From the NCBI GenBank assembly GCA_002269645.1, contig NIVC01000527.1, forward strand, positions 124,001 through 188,000: a stretch of DNA of 64,000 nt, in the 5' to 3' direction. Shown in pieces: positions 51,621 to 64,000 of this stretch. The number at the start of each line of letters is the position of its first letter. Position 1 is the first letter of the stretch. The translations under genes and the position numbers were made by a program. This stretch comes from Macrostomum lignano (lineage: Eukaryota). The notes beneath the pieces were generated by a model, which saw nothing but the letters and a program-made list of their open reading frames with translations, ran no database searches and was not told the DNA's origin.

Positions 51621-53126
51621 ATGCCCATTGAATACTAATTTTTCATTCAGTTTTTAATAGCTTACATTTGCATGTAATGACGGCATATTTCAATAAGAAA
51701 GAGTTTAAACACTAAACCTTCGTGGTTTCATGACCGTTAGTTACCAATTTTTACATATTTTAATTAATGAGCATACTACTTATAAAATAGTAGCCACTTA
51801 ATGTCGAGTGAAATTGAGCTTATAATTTTTACTCCTTAACTATTGCAGTGTCAGTTAATTGATTATAATTCCGAAGCTGGCATTTAGAAATGGGTCTGTC
51901 TCGTATTTACGAGCGCATAAAGCCCCAGTCTTGTCCCCCAGGGCTATTAGTGTGCGCTGCGTGAGAATGAGTTGAGAAGCAGACACTGAAAATCTGCTGG
52001 TTGCGACCTGAGAGAGAATACGGCTGAATATTTATATATATCTTCATGCCCCTCAACTGCCTGAATCTTTCTTTTATTTCTCTCGCATTCCTTTACAGCC
52101 ACGCCCTAGCTCGGTGACAGTAGCAGACTGAACTGCAGCATTAATATGGAGAAATATAACTTGCTTCTACAATACATGCAATATGCATTGGCTGGTGTCA
52201 TTGCTCTATGAATTTTGTGCAAACTTTGTGCGCTTTTCAACGCTGTATACGAGTACTGGACTGTAGGTGAAGGGGGATGGTGCTGTGACAGTACGCCTGC
52301 ACTGCTCACCTATGCTCATGAGGGGAAGAGAGTCCGGGGAGAGGGGGGGAAGAAGCTCAAAGAGAACTTGAAGACGAAGTCCTCTCTTCTGTTGTAGCCC
52401 TAGTTTTCCCAACCTCCCACCCACTGTAACTTTTCCTCCCCTTCCCTACCTCAGCTCAGATCTCTTCCTAACAAGCCAGATTGCGGCCTCATCATCAAAG
52501 ACTCCCTTTTGATTTTCCTTATCAGCTCGTCGCCCCAGCTCTGCAACACACCGCTACATCGAAGTGAAACAACCTGGCTTCTGTTTGCCGGCCTTTGGCT
52601 TCTATTGACAAGGCAATACAAAAACTCAATGAACCAGAGTTTGTGTGTTATGCCTTGTCTGTGTTAGTTTTCCTTACTCTCCTCTCCGTAAGCCTGCAGC
52701 ACTGCAGCCGTTGCCCATTGTCCCTTGAGCACAAGCAACAGTACTAGAAAAGTGGGCATTATTCCTCTCCTTTTACTCTCTAGCTGTTCAGTAGGTGCGC
52801 GCGCGCACACACACACAAGCGTGCTGGCGCACACAAAGTCTGCTTGAGTCCACTCAGCAACGTCAGCCGACCCTGCAGCGAAAGAAACTCACGCCCAACA
52901 CCCCTGCGCCCTCCTCAATTCTTGGAGTAGAAAAAATACCTTTTTTACAAGCTTCTCTGGGTGGACTCAATCTTTCACCGCAGACCCGAGTAAGAACGAG
53001 GCCAGGCTTAAGAAGAGCTCATGCGAGCATCTTTGCACTCAGCGAACCTTGCCCTGTCTCAACTGAGCACTTCAGCCCTTCAAACTTCATCGGATTTCCA
53101 GCAGAGGCGGTTTCCCGGATCCCATC

Positions 53127-56100
53127 ATGTCCCAGTCGAATTCCTATAGAAATCCGAGCTACAGTTCGCTGGTCCGAGTTGATGGAGCCCAGAAGCCGAT
53201 GGACGGCCTGTTCCATCCGGAGGACATGGTCGTCAAGCAGCCGATGCTGAGCCGCGAGGAGGTGCTGAACGGAGTTGGCCAGATTCTGGACTGGGTGCAC
53301 GGGCCCGGCACCAAGTTGTTGGACTCGCAGCGCGAGTTGCCGAGGAACTTCGAGGAGGCCGAGAGAATCAGAAAGAATCACGAGCAGTTCGAGTTCAAGT
53401 GCATGGTGAGGCGGGGTCGAGGTGCTCAACAATAGTTTCAGACACCCAATCAGACACCAACCAATCACCTCAGACGCCACCCAATCACCCCAGACACCAC
53501 CTAATAACCTCGGACACTACCCAATCACCTCAGACGCCACCCAATCACCTCAGACGCCACCCAATCACCTCAGACACTACCCAATCACCTCAGACGCCAC
53601 CCAATCAACTCAGACGCCACCCAATCACCTCAGACACTACCCAATCACCTCAGACGCCACCCAATCACCTCAGACGCCATCCAATCACCTCAGACACCAC
53701 CTAATAACCTCAGACACCACCTAATAACCTCAGACACCACCCAATCACCTCAGGCACGACTCAATCACCCCAGACACCAACCAATCACCCAAGACACCAA
53801 CCAATCACCCAAGACACCAACCAATCACCCAAGACACCAACCAATTACCCCAGACACCAACAAATCACCCCAGACACCAACCAATCACCCAAGACACCAA
53901 CCAATCACCCAAGACACCAACCAATCACCCAAGACACCAACCAATCACCCAAGACACCAACCAATCACCCAAGACACCAACCAATTACCCCAGACACCAA
54001 CCAATCACCCCAGACACCAACCAATCACCCAAGACACCAACCAATCACCCAAGACACCAACCAATTACCCCAGACACCATCCAATTACCCCAGACACCAA
54101 CCAATCACCCAAGACACCAACCAATCACCCCAGACACCAACCAATCACCCAAGACACCAACCAATCACCCAAGACACCAACCAATCACCCAAGACACCAA
54201 CCAATTACCCCAGACACCAACCAATCACCCAAGACACCAACCAATCACCCAAGACACCAACCAATCACCCAAGACACCAACCAATTACCCCAGACACCAA
54301 CCAATCACCCCAGACACCAACCAATCACCCAAGACACCAACCAATCACCCAAGACACCAACCAATCACCTAAGACACCAACCAATTACCTCAGGCACTAC
54401 CCAATCACCCCAGACACCAGCCAATCACCTCAGGCACCACTCAATCACCCCAGACACCAACCAATCACCCCAGACACCAACCAATCACCCAAGACACCAA
54501 CCAATCACCCAAGACACCAACCAATTACCCCAGACACCAACCAATCACCCAAGACACCAACCAATCACCCAAGACACCAACCAATCACCCAAGACACCAA
54601 CCAATTACCCCAGACACCAACCAATCACCCCAGACACCAACCAATCACCCAAGACACCAACCAATCACCCAAGACACCAACCAATCACCCAAGACACCAA
54701 CCAATTACCTCAGGCACTACCCAATCACCCCAGACACCAGCCAATCACCTCAGGCACCACTCAATCACCCCAGACACCAACCAATCACCCCAGACACCAA
54801 CCAATCACCTCAGACACCACAGAATCACCCCAGACACCAACTAATCACCTCAGGCACCACTCAATCACCCCAGACACCAACCAATCACCTCAGGCACCAC
54901 AGAATCACCCCAGACACCAACTAATCACCTCAGGCACTACCCAATCACCCCAGACACCAACCAACCACCTTAGACGCTAACAAGTCACCTTAGACATTTA
55001 CAACTCCTTAGAAACGAACCAACTACTTCGCAAATCATCTAACCATCCCATGCACAATATCTAGTCGCTCCAGACACCATCTAATCACACAGACACAATT
55101 TAACTAAATCAAACACCATATAGCTACCTACGATCAGACACCATCTAACCACCCAGACACCATCTAACCACCCAGACACCATCTAACCACCCAGACACCA
55201 TCTAACCACCCAGACACCATCTAACCACCCAGCCACCATCTAACCACCCAGACACCATCTAACCACCCAGCCACCATCTAACCACCCAGACACCATCTAA
55301 CCACCCAAACACCATCTAACCACCCAGACACCATCTAACCACCCAGACACCATCTAACCACCCAGACACCTTCTAACCCCATCACAAGTCAGTCACCACC
55401 AGGACAGCAGCTCAGCGGTTAACGCGTCTGACACTCGCAGCACCAAGCCCAGGCAGGGCCCCTGCAAACTAGCTAACCCCCAGACCCTAGCAAACGCAGA
55501 AGCCTCTCAAACCCCGTCCGCAGCAAGCTCTGGCCAACTACGCCAGTCTCCGTGACGTGCGCACCAACGACAACGAGCTGGCGGAGCGTTTGGAGAAGCT
55601 GGAGATCACCATTCAGGACTTCCTTCGCCGGCTGCAGTCGCGCCGACAAGCTGTCGTGTCGCTTTACACCTTCTTCCGGCTGCGCCGCGATCTAGACAGC
55701 TACTTCAAGGAGATCGCGGACATGCTGGTCTGGACAGACAACCAGCAGCAGCACCAGCAGCAGCGCATTGAGGAGACGGAGCACTACCTTCGCCAGGTGG
55801 AAAAGCTGCTCCGGTTCGGCGAAAGCCTCTACCAGCAGTTTTGCTCCGAAGCCGAGCGAATTCGCATCGTCATCACGTTCAAGGAGATTCTGGACATCGT
55901 GGCTGCCCAACTGGCAGAGGCAAAGCCGCTGCTGGCCAAGCAATTGGAGATGCTGAAAATCCGACTGTTGGAGACCCGGCGCCGGCTGCAGCTGCTTGTG
56001 TACGAGAGGGACGCCAGCCAGACAGTGGCCTGGCTTGAGGACATCATCAACGCTGTGCTGGACACCTACCTAGGCTACTGCATCGGCAAGACGCCCGTGG

Positions 56101-59100
56101 AGACTCAACAGATTCTGCAACAGCATCGAACCTTGCAGGCTAAGTCTCAGGTGGGTTTGAGGGTAGGAATCACATACGGGGAGTAAAGGTACCTGGCTAA
56201 CAGGGCGATGGTCGAGGCAAAGAATGAGGTGAAGTGGTTGGCTAACAGGGCGATGGTCTGGGCAAAGAATGAGGTGAAGTGGTTGGCTAACAGAGCGATG
56301 GTCTGGGCAGAGAGTGAGGTGGATAGCTAGCAGAGCGATGGTCTGGGCAGGGAGCGAGGTGGTTGGCTAACAGAGCGATGGTCAGGGCAGGGAGTGAGGT
56401 GGTTGGCTAACAGAGCGATGGTCAGGGCAGGGAGTGAGGTGGTTGGCTAACAGAGCGATAGTCTGGGCAGGGAGCGAGGTGGTTGGCTAACAGAGCGATG
56501 GTCAGGGCAGGGAGTGAGGTGGCTGACTAACAGAACTATGGTGTGGGCAGGGAATGAGGTGGTTGGCTAACAGAGCGATGGTCAGGGCAGGGAGTGAGGT
56601 GGCTGACTAACAGAACTATGGTGTGGGCAGGGAATGAGGTGGTTGGCTAACAGAGCGATGGTCAGGGCAGGGAGTGAGGTGGCTGACTAACAGAACTATG
56701 GTGTGGGCAGGGAATGAGGTGGTTGGTTAACAGAGCGATGGTCAGGGCAGGGAGTGAGGTGGCTGACTAACAGAACTATGGTGTGGGCAGGGAATGAGGT
56801 GGTTGGCTAACAGAGCGATGGTCAGGGCAGGGAGTGAGGTGGCTGACTAACAGAACTATGGTGTGGGCAGGGAATGAGGTGGTTGGCTAACAGAACGATG
56901 GTCGGGGCAGGGAGTGAGGTGAAGTGGTTTGTTAACAGAGCGATGGTGTGGGCAGAGAGGGAGGTGGATAGCTAACAGAGCGATGGTCGGGGCAGGGAGT
57001 GAGGTGGTTGGTTAACAGAGCGATGGTCGGGGCAGGGAGTGAGGTGGTTAGCTAACAGAGCGATGGTCGGGTAGGGAGTGAGGTGGCTGGATAACAGAAC
57101 GATGGTCGGGGCAGGGAGTGAGGTGTAAAGAGTTTAATAATGAAGAGAATCAAGGAAGTTAGTAAGTGAAAATTGTAAAAGTAGGTGGGAGTTGCTGCCT
57201 ATTTCAGGAAACCTACGACTGCGGCCTGGAGATAATCGCGGCACTGACGAAGATCTACCGGGCCCAGGGCGCCGACACGGAGGGCTGCGTCGCGATGCGC
57301 TCGAATCTGGAGTCCAACTGGCGTCGGCTGAACGAGATTCTGATTGAGATGAGCGACAGATACGCCACCGCCGATGCCTTCTATGAGAATGTGGACTTGG
57401 TGAGCTCACTTTACCCCACAAACTCTACTCCATTCGCACTACTCCTTGCACTCTACTCCAAACACCCTACTCCACACACTCCACTCAAAGCAACTTCACA
57501 CTCTCAACTCCATATGCCCTACTCCTCTCACTCTACTCCACTCACTCTACTCCACGCACTTTTGAAGTCCATGCACTCTACCCCTCGCTGCACAAATCTA
57601 CCACTCAACCCAACTCACAATGCACGCATTTAAATCTCACCCTCCCTGCTCGCAGAACCTAGAGCGCATCGAGCGCTTGATCCTTCTAATCTGTCGCGAC
57701 CTTGACAACGGCATGTCACTCGAAGACGTGCGCGAAACCTACGCAAATGAACGAGACGAAATTGTGAAGGCCTACGAGAACACCAAGCGAATTGGCGTCG
57801 GCCTGATGGAGCGAATTCAGTTCCCAGTGGCCAGTCTGTGAGTAGTTCTATTGTTTTACTATTAGTAGTATAGCGCCAGCAGACAAATTCTATCCAGTAC
57901 ACAGATGCTAAAATAAGTATTTAGTAAAACAGAGTAAAACCGCTTTCTACTTTCAGTTGTCACGTTATTGGCGTAGCGGCCAGCTATGCGGTGACCCTTA
58001 AAAGGGCCGTTTTAGTCCCAAAATAAGTTGAAGTCAATTCTTGTAAAGCGGATTTTGTAGCGGAGCACTTGGCGATAAAGGCAGGAACTGCCGTAGTTGT
58101 CTTTATTGTTAATATCAGTATTAAGTTTGGTTGTTACTGGCAATAAACAGACTATAGCTTTCTGGGCACTGGCGGCTGCAGCAATGGGTTGAATATAATT
58201 TGGATATGAAGTCAAGTGGCAGGCGAATGACACAATGGCGACGTGACGTGAGCAGTGGCTATGAGCACAGTGAAGGCAGGGAAAGTTGGCGTCGGTCGTG
58301 GCGTGAAACAGTCAAGTAAGTGTGTGAGCAGGCTGGCCCCGACAGAAGGGCCGTGGTGAGAAATAAGGAGGCTCGAGGCAGCCAGACAAACAGATAAGAC
58401 AGCTAAGAGGCCGCAGGGAAGGAAACAAGGAGCAAGCGGAGAGAGAGGAGCGAGAGAGAGCGAGGGGAGGGTGGAGTGCCCGCCGCCAGGCGGGGGGGTT
58501 TAATAAAAGAGCGCAGAGGGGGGGGGCGCGAACACGAGTGATTTCATTGGCTGGCGAGAGAACTTAAAATTATCGATCGTGCCAATTTTATACGGTGGCG
58601 AGAGAGGATAGCAAAATATACAATGAATTATAAATTGCCACAAAATCGTTGGGCACTACTACAAGTAAACGTCGCAATAAACGAATGGAAAAGTTTAGTT
58701 GAAGCGGTGAAACTGAAGGGTTGAATGACTATGGAAAACCAGCAGTCCAACGGCCCTTTTCGGGACCACCTTAAACTGACAACGTCACACTCGCCTCCCT
58801 TCCGAAAAAGGATAGGGTCGCGCAAAAAGAAAACCAACACGCGGGGTGACGGCAAGAAAAACACAGCATGACCGCAGCAAATGAAATTACAGTAGAATGA
58901 ATTACAGTGGGGTTGAGTCAGTTTGTATGAGCATATGATTACTGGAGGCTTTAGGGATTACTAACCCACAGGCTTATGAGTGGCTGAATAATCGAAGTCA
59001 AATTACAGAACAGGTGGTAGGATTACAGAAAGTTACAGAACATTACAAAGAAGAGCTAGCACGCGAGGGAAGCAGTGGAGTGAAGGTGTGTAAACGATGC

Positions 59101-62100
59101 AGAATGCATCCGCTGCAGGGTGCAGCCAGCCGACAAACGGCTCAACAGCTGGGCCGGTCCCGGTGGACCGCATGGGCTCGCCCCCAATGGGACGCAGGCG
59201 CCGCCCAGACACGCGCACAGAGGCGCAAAGAAAAAAAAACAGGCACAGAGAAAAGAAAGAGCGTTGAAAAACGCCTATGGCGCCCGGCTTTCGAGGTCCG
59301 GCACCGCAACAAAATGGGATGTTTCACACGCTCGCAAAAAGAAGTGAAGAGGCTGAAGGGGAATACGAAAACAAAGGAACAGACTGCAGTAAATAATGAA
59401 TACAGGTAGATGAATGGTGAAAATCTAAGTCAACGTAGGTATGGCAGTGAGAATAACATTGGTTACAAAAGTAGCGCAGAGCGGAGCGCGCGGGGCACGC
59501 AAACGCACAAAAAAAACGACAGGACGAACAGAGGTGACAAGACAGATGAGGCAAGGAGCACAGAACAAAGGTGACAAGACGGATGAGGCAAAAGATGCAG
59601 AGCAGAGGCACGAAACAGAGACACAGTCCGGACAACTGCGGGCAAACGACGACAAGCGCCAAGGGCGGCGGGACACGGCGCGGCGCGCCAAGGCGGAAGG
59701 GAGAAACCGGCGCAAGAGCGCCCAAGGCGGAGACACGGCGCAGCGCGCCAAGGCAAAGAACGGCGCAACGCGCCAAGGCAGGAAACGGCGCAGCGCGCCA
59801 AGGCAGGAGAACGGCGCGGCGCGCCAGGCGGAGAACGGCGCAGCGCGCCAAGGCGGGAAACGGCGCCACGCGCCAAGGCAGGAAACGGCGACAGGGCGCC
59901 ACGGCAGGGAACGGCGCCACGCGCCAAGGCAGAGAACGGCGCCACGCGCCAGGCAGAGGATGGCGCTACGCGCCAAAGGCAGAGGACGGCGCTACGCGCC
60001 AAGGCAGAGGACGGCGCAGCGCGCCAGGCAAAGGAACGGCGCAGCGCGCCAGGCGGAGACGCGCAGGGGCGCCAAGGCAGGAAACGGCGCAGCGCGCCAG
60101 GCGGAGAACGGCGCAGCGCGCCAAACAGGCAGAAGGGAGGGAACCGGCGCGGAAGCGCCCAACAGACAGGGGGGAGAGGACCAGCGCGGAAGCGCCCAAC
60201 AGGCAGGAAGGAGAGAACCGGCGCGGAAGGCGGAGAACAGCGGGGCCACAGGGACCCGTGGCCAACAGGGGCCACAGGAGGTAGTTTAACGCCTTGCCCA
60301 GGGCGTGAGCAAACTAATGCTTGCCACCCTACAGCTGGAGCAGGCCGGACACCTGGCACGCCCGGTACCTAACGGGTGGGCAGATGGGGCGCCCATAGCT
60401 GGGTCTGGGTTCAGTGGCTGGGGCTGGTGGATTAACTGCCTGTGCGGCGACTGGGTCCGCCACAGGCTCGGGAGGCGCCATGCCGAAGTCTTCCCCGTTG
60501 CCGGACATTGTGCGAGATGAAGCTCAGGCAGGAGCCCGAGTGAGGCGAACGGAGCAACCACGAGTGAGAGTAAGGTTCCAGAGAGAACGAATTGAGGTTG
60601 ACGACGCGAGAGAGACGAGAGAGATTGCGTCCTACTAACAAAAAACGTGCCTGACAGGGGCAAACCGCAAAAAGCCTATAATAGGGGAGAGTCCTATCAC
60701 GCAAACCACCCAGACTAACTGTCAGGCAATAGTCCCTACAAACAATCAGCGCACAGCGTAACCTGGCGTGGCTTGGCACACGCAGCGGAGCTATCTTGGC
60801 AGAGCGTAAGCTCGAGCTCAACGCAGTTGACAGCGCGCGTTGCTCAGGGCGACGACCAGCGACGACTCGCGGCGACGAGCGGAGACCAGCCGGGCAGTCA
60901 GGACCCCTGGGCCTGACGTGGCACAGGCTCTTGCAGCCTTGCGGACCGTCAGGCAGAAACGTGGCAGGCCGGCACTCAGTCACGAGCCGGCAGAGCTGAG
61001 CAGAATCTCGCTGACGCTTGGTTGCGAGCTGGCAGGGCTGAGCAGAATCTCGCTGACGCTTGGTTGCGAGCTGGCAGGGCTGAGCAGAATCTCGCTGACG
61101 CTTGGTTGCGAGCTGGCAAGGCTGAGCAGAAGTCTTGATGGCGCTTGCTTGTGTGCTGGCAGCGCTGAGCAGGAGTCTCGGTGGCACTGATTACGAGTTG
61201 GCAGCGCTGAGTAGAAGTCTTGATGGCACTGATTTAGTTGTGAGCCGGCAGTGCTGAGTAGGCGTCTCGGTGGTGCTTAGTTTCGAACGTGTTGATGTTG
61301 AGCAGAATCTCAGTGGCGCTTAGTTGCGAACCGGCAGTGCTGAGCTTGGTCTCGGTGGTGCTGACTTAGTTGCGAGCCGGCAGTGCTGAGTAGGAGTCTC
61401 GGTGGGACCTCCAAAATTATGTCACGTTATTGGCGTAGCGGCCAGCTATGCGGTGACCCTTAAAAGGGCCGTTTTAGTCCCAAAATAAGTTGAAGTCAAT
61501 TCTTGTAAAGCGGATTTTGTAGCGGAGCACTTGGCGATAAAGGCAGGAACTGCCGTAGTTGTCTTTATTGTTAATATCAGTATTAAGTTTGGTTGTTACT
61601 GGCAATAAACAGACTATAGCTTTCTGGGCACTGGCGGCTGCAGCAATGGGTTGAATATAATTTGGATATGAAGTCAAGTGGCAGGCGAATGACACAATGG
61701 CGACGTGACGTGAGCAGTGGCTATGAGCACAGTGAAGGCAGGGAAAGTTGGCGTCGGTCGTGGCGTGAAACAGTCAAGTAAGTGTGTGAGCAGGCTGGCC
61801 CCGACAGAAGGGCCGTGGTGAGAAATAAGGAGGCTCGAGGCAGCCAGACAAACAGATAAGACAGCTAAGAGGCCGCAGGGAAGGAAACAAGGAGCAAGCG
61901 GAGAGAGAGGAGCGAGAGAGAGCGAGGGGAGGGTGGAGTGCCCGCCGCCAGGCGGGGGGGTTTAATAAAAGAGCGCAGAGGGGGGGCGCGAACACGAGTG
62001 ATTTCATTGGCTGGCGAGAGAACTTAAAATTATCGATCGTGCCAATTTTATACGGTGGCGAGAGAGGATAGCAAAATATACAATGAATTATAAATTGCCA

Positions 62101-63915
62101 CAAAATCGTTGGGCACTACTACAAGTAAACGTCGCAATAAACGAATGGAAAAGTTTAGTTGAAGCGGTGAAACTGAAGGGTTGAATGACTATGGAAAACC
62201 AGCAGTCCAACGGCCCTTTTCGGGACCACCTTAAACTGACAACGTCACACAGTTCACTAGCAAAGAAGAATACATCAGCTATTTTATAAAGACAGTTGAA
62301 ATGACTTTGATAAGTTAAGAAGCCAAGCTTGCAGGCGCAAACAACTTGCTAATTGGTTCAGCTATAATGTACATTAGCCAGTCCACTGAAATGTACATGG
62401 CAGCTTTAGGTTGGAATTCCGAGAAAGGCAATAAAAAATGGGGCAGGGCGGGGGGCAGTGTGGAAAGGCGCGGTTGGGGGGTTTCAGCTAGGGCGGTTTG
62501 TTAAGACCCATTAAATGAGCCTTGGCTTTAAAAATGCATTAAAAAGCTTCTATTTAACTTACTACTGAACTGAAAGTAGCTTACACGCAAATGTGCTGAG
62601 TGGCCCACCTAGTTATTCTAGTAATCTGTGATCCGGTATTAATAATAAATACCGATAAAAGTTTTGTATTTCTACTCTAAGTAGGCTGTTCAGATGCGAC
62701 ACTATAATATAAAAACTCTTTAATATAAAAACCAATGACAATCAGACCGCAGACAGTGGATCAGACGATGATTGACCAGGTTCAAGACGTCATCAAAGTG
62801 AAATTATTCACGCTTTGGCTGAAGATTCGCGAGCTCTATTATTACCTGGGTCAGATGATTGAGATCACCGAGGTCACCGAACGGTGGCAGATCATACGGG
62901 TTACTATTGATAAGGTTAGTTTTCTTATTTTTTATAATCACCAAGTTATTATAACTTTCAATAAGCTGCAATTAATTTTCAGTTTTTTGAACGCCTGCTG
63001 CACTGGGAGGCCCGCTGGCAGGAGGCAACGAGCCTGCCCTTCACCATCCCCGAGGCCGAATCGCTCATTGAGGAGCACCGTCTGGCTAACGATGAGATTG
63101 GCGGTCTCTGGAGCCAGCTGTTGAAAGACCTGGCCGAGCTGTCACGTGATCCGCAAGTTGGCTCGCTTGCCGAGCAGGTGCGGCTCTCGGGCTGGGGTGT
63201 GGGCGAGTCTTTAGGAGAGATAGGACTCAGGTGCTTTTTCTGAGGGATTTTTGAGAGATCTGAGAGATTTTTCTGAGGGATGCGGGATTCAAGGGAGATT
63301 CTTCTGAGGGGTGCGGGATTCAAGGGAGATTTTTCTGAGGGGTGCGGGATTCAAGGGAAATTCTTCTGAGGGGTGCGGGATTCAAGGGAGATTTTTCTGA
63401 GGGGTGCGGGATTCAAGGGAAATTCTTCTGAGGGGTGCGGGATTCAAGGGAGATTTTTCTGAGGGGTGCGGGATTCAAGGGAAATTCTTCTGAGGGGTGC
63501 GGGATTCAAGGGAGATTCTTCTGAGGGTCGCGGGATTCAAGGGAGATTCTTCTGAGGGTTTGGGACTCAAGGGAGACCGGCGAAGTTCACGGATTTTTAA
63601 GTCAGGAATAAAGACGAAAGTAAATGTTTAGCGACTGTAAATTTTGGGCAACTCTGAACGAAAAAGACGACTCCGCATTTGAAGGCTCAAGCAGACGCCC
63701 AGCGCCGCATGGAAGAATGGCAGCGCCGCTGGGAGCGCCGAATGGCCGAGCTGGACCTCCGCCTGCGCCTGCTGCTCCGCCTGCGGGACCTCGGCAACGA
63801 GGTGGACGACAAGCGGACTCGGCTGGCCGAGCTCAAGACAGAGCGGACCGTGACCAGGGCCGGACCGGTGGCCGACACTGTCCGGGATGTGGCCGGCCTG
63901 CAGCGGGGCGTCTCG
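53127..63915 (+). CDS. Spectrin-repeat protein (SESTD1/CCDC141/Trio-like repeats), 3' end beyond the window
   Basis: Exons are 53127-53405, 55524-56150, 57208-57399, 57656-57837, 62746-62914, 62983-63177 and 63685-63915, with in-frame GT-AG joins. Spectrin-like segments are QILDWVHGPGTKLL...AERIRKNHEQFE, ASQTVAWLE...QILQQHRTLQ and AESLIEEH. The N-terminus and the acceptor at 62746 are less certain. Confidence 0.75.
53440..54990. repeat. 20-bp minisatellite (CCAATCACCCAAGACACCAA)
   Basis: Tandem repeats in intron 1 of the spectrin-repeat gene. Confidence 0.95.
55135..55375. repeat. 19-bp minisatellite (CCATCTAACCACCCAGACA)
   Basis: Tandem repeats in the same intron, related in sequence to the 20-bp array. 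Confidence 0.92.
56195..57125. repeat. 40-bp G-rich minisatellite
   Basis: Unit GAGGTGGTTGGCTAACAGAGCGATGGTCAGGGCAGGGAGT, in intron 2. Confidence 0.95.
57958..62249 (-). mobile_element. Non-autonomous LTR retroelement (Gypsy-like TSD), antisense to the host gene
   Basis: Near-identical LTRs lie at 57958-58789 and 61420-62249 with TG...CA ends. A 4-bp TSD CAGT lies at 57954-57957 and 62250-62253. The PBS is next to the right LTR and a PPT-like tract (58790-58802) is next to the left LTR. No recognisable pol is present in the 2.63-kb interior. Confidence 0.93.
61394..61413 (-). other. Primer-binding site complementary to the tRNA-Gln 3' end
   Basis: The plus strand reads GAGTCTCGGTGGGACCTCCA, the typical eukaryotic tRNA-Gln 3' end including CCA, 6 bp from the LTR. 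Confidence 0.8.
62250..62620. mobile_element. MITE family copy 3, with its left inner IR split by the LTR element (remainder near 57940-57957)
   Basis: The empty site reconstitutes CTACTTTCAGTTCACTAG. The body is homologous to 43290-43655. Confidence 0.8.
63240..63575. repeat. 31-bp minisatellite
   Basis: Unit GATTCAAGGGAGATTTTTCTGAGGGGTGCGG. Confidence 0.93.
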
Positions 63916-63925
63916 GTGAGTCACC

Positions 63926-63926
63926 C

Positions 63927-63999
<73 letters not shown>

Positions 64000-64000
64000 G
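63926..64000. repeat. (TCTG)n microsatellite
   Basis: Pure tetranucleotide run that starts just after the donor at 63916 and reaches the window end. Confidence 0.97.

Noticed and set aside
53440-57125. 20-40-bp repeat arrays that could be mistaken for CRISPR arrays
   Set aside because: The units are contiguous with no unique spacers, there are no cas genes, and the context is eukaryotic introns.
58012-58233. Identical 73-aa ORF occurring twice (also 61474-61695)
   Set aside because: It is duplicated only because it lies within the two LTRs, and there is no coding evidence.
59014-61190. Overlapping Arg/Ala-rich ORFs inside the LTR element
   Set aside because: They derive from GC-rich tandem repeats. 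I saw no protease, RT, RNase H, integrase or CCHC motif.

Overview
Eukaryotic (animal) genomic DNA with GC-rich spliced exons, AT-rich introns and intergenic DNA, and many minisatellites and transposon relics. The repeat style resembles the flatworm Macrostomum, which is an inference only. Gene models were built by hand from GT-AG junctions and frame continuity. From left to right the window holds: the 5' end of a PTDSS2-like gene (-); a DUF5662-like ORF split by a Penelope-like retroelement that carries hammerhead-like motifs and a nested MITE; an RMDN1-like gene (-); a decayed mariner; and a complete 9-exon AVL9 gene (+). Next come three tandem paralogous genes (26.9-49.1 kb, +) that I cannot assign to a known gene. 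Each encodes a helical N-terminus, a variable 10-aa repeat linker and 3-4 NHL-like six-bladed beta-propellers on all-phase-2 exons. The window ends in a spectrin-repeat gene (+, incomplete) whose fourth intron holds a young non-autonomous LTR element inserted into a MITE. The multi-propeller cluster is the best candidate for an undescribed system. Most long ORFs in the ORF track are minisatellite artefacts.
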